From the IMG/VR virus record IMGVR_UViG_3300013123_000002: 20,000 nt of DNA. One strand, 5' to 3'. Under the pieces are notes generated by a model. That model worked only from the letters and a program-made list of their open reading frames with translations. It ran no database searches and was not told the DNA's origin. Below are positions 16,657-20,000 of this stretch, piece by piece (position 1 is the first letter of the stretch; every line of letters starts with the position of its first letter). Made by a program: the position numbers and the translations under genes. Source of the DNA: an uncultured virus (IMG/VR IMGVR_UViG_3300013123_000002) (taxonomy: Duplodnaviria; Heunggongvirae; Uroviricota; Caudoviricetes).

Positions 16657-16932
16657 GCTGAAGATGTTGCGTTTATCGGTTAAACAAGCGATCGCTGTTG
16701 CTTCGTGATCAAGGTCAGGTTCTTTGAAAATTGAGAAATCCAAGTCTTTGTAGTAAATTTTTGAGATCCACTTGTGCAGGTCGAACTTTGAACCGACGTT
16801 TAGGTAGACCAGGGTTTCGTTTTCCCAGGTGTTCGGATGATCAATCATCCACTGCGCGACGGCGTGGCCAGCCTGTACGGCTGGGCTGGATCCCTTAAGA
16901 TCCGTTCTCACTAACACAAACAGCTTCTGCAT
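16639..16932 (-). CDS. peptidyl-tRNA hydrolase PTH2-like protein (97 aa)
   Basis: KLFVLVRTDL, AVQAGHAVA, TLVYL and F.EPDL...TAIA match the PTH2-fold signature; start ATG 16932. Confidence 0.8.
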   Translation of the reverse strand: MQKLFVLVRTDLKGSSPAVQAGHAVAQWMIDHPNTWENETLVYLNVGSKFDLHKWISKIYYKDLDFSIFKEPDLDHEATAIACLTDKRNIFSNLPLL

Positions 16933-17194
16933 ACTTCGCCATGATTTCGTCAACCTTTCTTTGTGAATACTCAGTTTCCGGGTTGATAGCCGTCTCTATA
17001 GATTTGCCTCTGAGCAGAGCGTACGCGATGTACATGTGCTTGAGTTGGCTTTTCTGTTCGAGCGCTAAAAGCTGCGCGTCTTTAGGATTCAAAGAACGTG
17101 TTCCCTTGAAGTTTACAGTTTTTCTCTGTTCCTTGGTCTGCCTCTGCTTTTCTGCGAGGGCTTTGATTTCCGATTTTAAGTCTTTTGTTGTCAT
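16895..17194 (-). CDS. basic helical hypothetical protein, partner of the PTH2-like gene (99 aa)
   Basis: LKSEIKALAE..., HMYIAYALLRGKS; overlaps the PTH2 start by 38 nt. Confidence 0.8.
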   Translation of the reverse strand: MTTKDLKSEIKALAEKQRQTKEQRKTVNFKGTRSLNPKDAQLLALEQKSQLKHMYIAYALLRGKSIETAINPETEYSQRKVDEIMAKYAEAVCVSENGS

Positions 17195-17281
17195 TGTTTT
17201 TGAATTTTTTTGTTGTGAATTTTGTGAATTAACAGCTTGAGATTCAAAAACTCCGACAGGACTTCTAATGCTCTACTTCAT
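17195..17281 (-). promoter_or_regulatory. MK-amber minigene leader with TIR-occluding hairpin
   Basis: ATG AAG TAG at 17281-17273, then 26 open codons in frame to ATG 17194; GTTTTTGAAT/ATTCAAAAAC perfect 10-bp repeat. Confidence 0.65.
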
Positions 17282-17328
17282 CTTGTTTGATTTTTTTGTT
17301 ATTGTGGTGCAAAATTGCTTAGTGAAGT

Positions 17329-18384
17329 TTAACGTACCACTTTTTCCGTTGAACTGTCACTTTTCAGCTTATTAGTTTCTACTTTTTTTGAGATCCAGTG
17401 TCCGTGCGAATTGTTGATCGCCTGCCTAAATTGCGGCCGAACGTACTTGGCTATGCTCTTTCTGAAATCGCCGTAGTTGAAGCTGTCAGCTATTCGGACA
17501 ACGTAACCCTCATTAGTTTCTGAGTACTGAGCAAACGCTTTTTCGATAGCTTCTCTGTCGTAAATGCCGTCATAGATCACAGGAACTGTTTCCAGTCCAA
17601 GGATCTGAGCGTACTCAGTCGTTTCTTCCCAGGCCAAGCAAGTGTTATCGATCCAAACTGAAAACACCATGAAGTATGAAGGTAAGTTGTCATACTTCAT
17701 TGAGTGAACAGTGTAGAGGTTCTCTCCGCATATTCGCATGTTATCGTCGATCATCCAACCGATTCTGGACCACAGGCCTTTCACCCAATTCCTGGTCTCG
17801 TGACTTCCTGAGTCTAACGAACGTGCGTGGATCTTATCGTTGTACATGGTCGTGTTCTCACCGTCCATCTTCAAGGTAACGATGACTCTTTTTCCGACAA
17901 AATGATCGTCGTTCGCCAAGATTCTGTCATCCTTTAGTAAATTGCTCCAAGGAAGGTGCATCGTTCTCGGGTACTTAACGTACTTTTGAAACAAGTGTAG
18001 CATGTTCCCTTCTGATAGGACTTTCTGAACGGATTCGTCGTAAAAGAGTTCACCTCTCAATCTAAAGCCGTTGGGCAGAATTATGTTTCCCCACTTATCG
18101 TATTGGAGATCATCGTACATGTGATCAGGTATGACGATCTGAGTTATACCAGCACTGTTGCGAATCTCGTTGCACGATAGAGTAGTTCTTTCTGCTGCAA
18201 GGTGGTGGTACTCGCACAGAGAAGCTCCGTTTTCTAGGTAATAACCTCCGTCTGAAAACAGCCTACGCTCTATGATGTGATGTGCGTCCTTAGCCGGGTT
18301 GCCGCACATCACACACGAGTAATTATCGCGAGCAAAAACTAGCGACCTAAAATCGTCCCGTGAGTATAGTGCTGGTGTTTCCAT
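17329..18384 (-). CDS. HNH endonuclease-domain / RNA ligase (Rnl2-like) fusion (351 aa)
   Basis: N-term VFARDNYSCVMC..DAHHI..NGASLCEYHH; C-term KYPRT.HLPWS, KMDGEN, CGENLY, EGYVVR, AKYVR. Start reset to ATG 18384 because the track ORF runs through a tRNA. Confidence 0.88.
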   Translation of the reverse strand: METPALYSRDDFRSLVFARDNYSCVMCGNPAKDAHHIIERRLFSDGGYYLENGASLCEYHHLAAERTTLSCNEIRNSAGITQIVIPDHMYDDLQYDKWGNIILPNGFRLRGELFYDESVQKVLSEGNMLHLFQKYVKYPRTMHLPWSNLLKDDRILANDDHFVGKRVIVTLKMDGENTTMYNDKIHARSLDSGSHETRNWVKGLWSRIGWMIDDNMRICGENLYTVHSMKYDNLPSYFMVFSVWIDNTCLAWEETTEYAQILGLETVPVIYDGIYDREAIEKAFAQYSETNEGYVVRIADSFNYGDFRKSIAKYVRPQFRQAINNSHGHWISKKVETNKLKSDSSTEKVVR

Positions 18385-18400
18385 GAGAGTATTGTACCAA

Positions 18401-18437
18401 TAAAAAACCTCACCCTTTTCAGGATGAGGTAAAAAAA
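18401..18437 (-). terminator. rho-independent terminator after tRNA-fMet
   Basis: Minus strand ACCTCATCC-TGAAAA-GGGTGAGGT followed by a T-run; A-run on the other side. Confidence 0.7.
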
Positions 18438-18482
18438 TAGTAGGTAGATTCCAGTACTTGCCCGATGCGATACCTACAAGTG

Positions 18483-18555
18483 TTGCGGGAGAAGGATTCG
18501 AACCTTCGACCTCAAGGTTATGAGCCTTGCGAGCTACCTCTGCTGCCACCCCGCG
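18483..18555 (-). tRNA. tRNA-fMet (initiator, anticodon CAT)
   Basis: CGCGGGG...TCCCGCA-A with C1:A72 mismatch; CAAGG-CT[CAT]AA-CCTTG; GAAGG-TTCGAAT-CCTTC; no CCA. Confidence 0.93.
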
Positions 18556-18559
18556 ATGT

Positions 18560-18614
18560 AAAAAACGGGCGCCTTTAATAAACTTGATCGAGAACGTCAC
18601 GCTAGCGCCCGTTT
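18560..18614 (-). repeat. inverted repeat / terminator-like hairpin just upstream of tRNA-fMet
   Basis: AAACGGGCGC/GCGCCCGTTT (10 bp, 32-nt loop) followed by a T-run. Confidence 0.6.
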
Positions 18615-18702
18615 GGGTCGCCTCTGCGAAACGCTGAGGTCTTTCAGTTTTGCGTGTTTGTCTCGTTACCTATTTCATATCGTTGTTAAGCGTCGTTCTG
18701 GG

Positions 18703-18879
18703 TTATTTATACAAGGTTACCGAAAAAGGTTTCACTTGTTGTTTTTCCAATACATCAGCCGATCGAACGAAACGAAACTCTTGGTCGTCCGCTTTTCCAC
18801 CTTTGAGAATCTCGTCCTCTTTAGCAACTTGCTCGTAAACTCTGGAAAATTCCGAAAAATTAGGTACGAATTGTTTCAT
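18703..18879 (-). CDS. small hypothetical protein (58 aa), missed by ORF track
   Basis: MKQFVPNFSEFSRVYEQVAKEDEILKGGKADDQEFRFVRSADVLEKQQVKPFSVTLYK*; starts 4 nt after the upstream TAA. Confidence 0.55.
   Translation of the reverse strand: MKQFVPNFSEFSRVYEQVAKEDEILKGGKADDQEFRFVRSADVLEKQQVKPFSVTLYK
18704..18711 (-). promoter_or_regulatory. T4-like late promoter TATAAATA
   Basis: Exact consensus upstream of the leader and tRNA-fMet. Confidence 0.6.
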
Positions 18880-18883
18880 ACCT

Positions 18884-19297
18884 TTATTTATCGTCAGCAG
18901 TACCAGCCACTTTCGTTAGAACGATTCTCTCGTACTGTTCCTTACAGATGTCTACTAGAGCAGGATCGTTAAACGCGTAAATGTCCGGAATATTGAGAAC
19001 GTAGCACTTTTCGGTTGCTCCAAGACTTTCGATCTCTTCCTTCACCATGTTGTAATTCTGAGAATTGACGAAAACTATCTCGTCTGCCCATTCAACCAAA
19101 GCTTCGGATATAGGGATTAGTGCGTAAGATTCGTCGGTTCCGCAGTTTCTGACGTTGTAACCGTACTCTCTGATCAGAAAATTCTGGAGAGTGGCTGACC
19201 TTAACAGACCAGCGGAGCACGCACACAGGACCTTCTTGGTCTTTCCCTGGTAATGGTTGTGAACGTTGTAGATTTGATTTCTAGTTGCTTTTATCAT
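18884..19297 (-). CDS. low-molecular-weight protein-tyrosine-phosphatase-like protein
   Basis: VLCACSAGLLRSAT (CX5RS P-loop), VEWADEI, LNIPD.Y; start likely ATG 19297. Confidence 0.85.
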   Translation of the reverse strand: MIKATRNQIYNVHNHYQGKTKKVLCACSAGLLRSATLQNFLIREYGYNVRNCGTDESYALIPISEALVEWADEIVFVNSQNYNMVKEEIESLGATEKCYVLNIPDIYAFNDPALVDICKEQYERIVLTKVAGTADDK

Positions 19298-19310
19298 GTT
19301 CTTTCTAAAT

Positions 19311-19652
19311 TTATACAACAAATGGCTGATAATCAGTTTCAGTTACTCCACGAAGTTCAGCTAGCATGTTCTGAGCTCCATCGTAATTCCAAGAGTGAAC
19401 TATTACTATCGGCGGAGGGTCTTTCATCTTTGCTATGAACTGAGCTACTTCGTAACCCGTATTCTTACCGCTCTGTTGAAAAACCTTTCCTCCAAGATCG
19501 TGATCCAAGCTCGCCAAGTCAAATTTGATCTTTTTTAACAGATCAATAGCTTCAGCCGCATTTTCTGCAATGCTCAGTTCATGATTTGCGTCCCATCTTT
19601 TTTTGATGACATCGATCCGATTGTGATCGTCATCGAGGAATAGTATTTTCAT
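19311..19652 (-). CDS. stand-alone receiver-fold protein, cyclic-phosphate-processing receiver-like
   Basis: ILFLDDD..R, SLDHDLG, TGYEVA, IVHSWN..GA..M. Confidence 0.8.
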   Translation of the reverse strand: MKILFLDDDHNRIDVIKKRWDANHELSIAENAAEAIDLLKKIKFDLASLDHDLGGKVFQQSGKNTGYEVAQFIAKMKDPPPIVIVHSWNYDGAQNMLAELRGVTETDYQPFVV

Positions 19653-19660
19653 TTCAGTCG

Positions 19661-19867
19661 TTATTTTAGCAGATCAATCTTACCCTTTTGTACGTCCTTC
19701 CATCTGCATTGTTTATTCGTTGTATGATCTATCACGGTTCCGTCAACGACCCGGTACGTTCTCTTCCTTAAACCCCTTCCTCCTTCTCCGATCTGATCGT
19801 TTCGACGATTCCGTACCTTTTCTTCGTGTTCGTTAGTCGCAATCGACTTCAGCTTTTCTTCTAACAC
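19661..19867 (-). pseudogene. C-terminal fragment of a class-1 release-factor-like (RF-1 domain) protein, GGQ domain absent
   Basis: RNDQIGEGGRGLRKRTYRVVDGTVIDH...DVQKGKIDLL resembles the RF1 segment R..QVGSGDRSERIRTYN..GRVTDH...V..G.LD; no GGQ upstream in this frame. Confidence 0.55.
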
Positions 19868-19880
19868 ATAGCCGTAGCCG

Positions 19881-20000
19881 TTAGCCACAATACGAAGAAA
19901 GCCTCCGAACTGCAACATCGTAATATTGTTTTTCCTTTTCAATTCCAATAGATTTGCGATTTAATTTTAAACAAGCAAGGTTAGTAGTTCCAGAACCCAT
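19881..20000 (-). CDS. site-specific DNA methyltransferase (N6-A/N4-C, beta-type), 3' end only
   Basis: Not in ORF track: MGSGTTNLACLKLNRKSIGIEKEKQYYDVAVRRLSSYCG* (SAM-binding motif I MGSGTT and IGIE). Confidence 0.88.
   Translation of the reverse strand: MGSGTTNLACLKLNRKSIGIEKEKQYYDVAVRRLSSYCG

Noticed and set aside
18385..18600. 72-aa N-terminal extension of the HNH-ligase ORF in the track (GTG 18600)
   Set aside because: It runs through tRNA-fMet and a terminator. ATG 18384 follows a TGGTACAAT -10-like box and begins the HNH domain.
21..19438. All plus-strand ORFs and nested alternate-frame minus ORFs in the track
   Set aside because: They are antisense or frame shadows of well-supported minus-strand genes, with no motifs.
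19868..19948. TTG-start N-terminus of the 95-aa track ORF
   Set aside because: It overlaps the methyltransferase 3' end in another frame; only the distal part looks coding.
1..20000. Genome-wide TAG reassignment (genetic code 15)
   Set aside because: Long genes have no internal TAG. The TAGs at 5734 and 11910 sit at tight gene junctions and look like true stops. Only one clear internal TAG was found.
1..20000. CRISPR array, transposase, integrase, reverse transcriptase/retron, rRNA
   Set aside because: No periodic repeats or diagnostic motifs were seen. The 4384/5390 inverted repeat has no adjacent RT or transposase.

Overview
Dense, entirely minus-strand region of what looks like a large (jumbo/huge) T4-like tailed phage genome. 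Support: many short hypothetical ORFs, T4-type late promoter boxes (TATAAATA), two tRNA genes without encoded CCA, and A-rich SD-poor start regions suggestive of a Bacteroidota-type host (inference). Recognisable genes: ClpB/C-type ATPase start, HAD_SAK-type phosphatase, SET-domain protein, Zn-ribbon protein, nucleoside 2-deoxyribosyltransferase-like protein, DinG-family helicase, lytic transglycosylase, LamG-like protein, two-domain glycosyltransferase, PTH2-like peptidyl-tRNA hydrolase, HNH-RNA ligase fusion, LMW-phosphatase-like protein, cyclic-phosphate-processing receiver-like protein, a release-factor-like C-terminal fragment and a DNA methyltransferase end. Main signal: an amber (UAG)-centred translation module. 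It has a tRNA-Trp-like gene with anticodon CUA (16068-16140) and an ATG-AAG-TAG minigene whose readthrough frame crosses a 10-bp hairpin sequestering the start of the PTH2 operon. It also has a second ATG-AAA-TAG minigene ahead of tRNA-fMet and one in-frame TAG in a late LamG-like gene, while the code is otherwise standard. Second signal: the Zn-ribbon gene is enclosed by complementary 5' and 3' UTR segments and has a three-way-junction leader. All family assignments come from motif recognition by eye; no searches were run.
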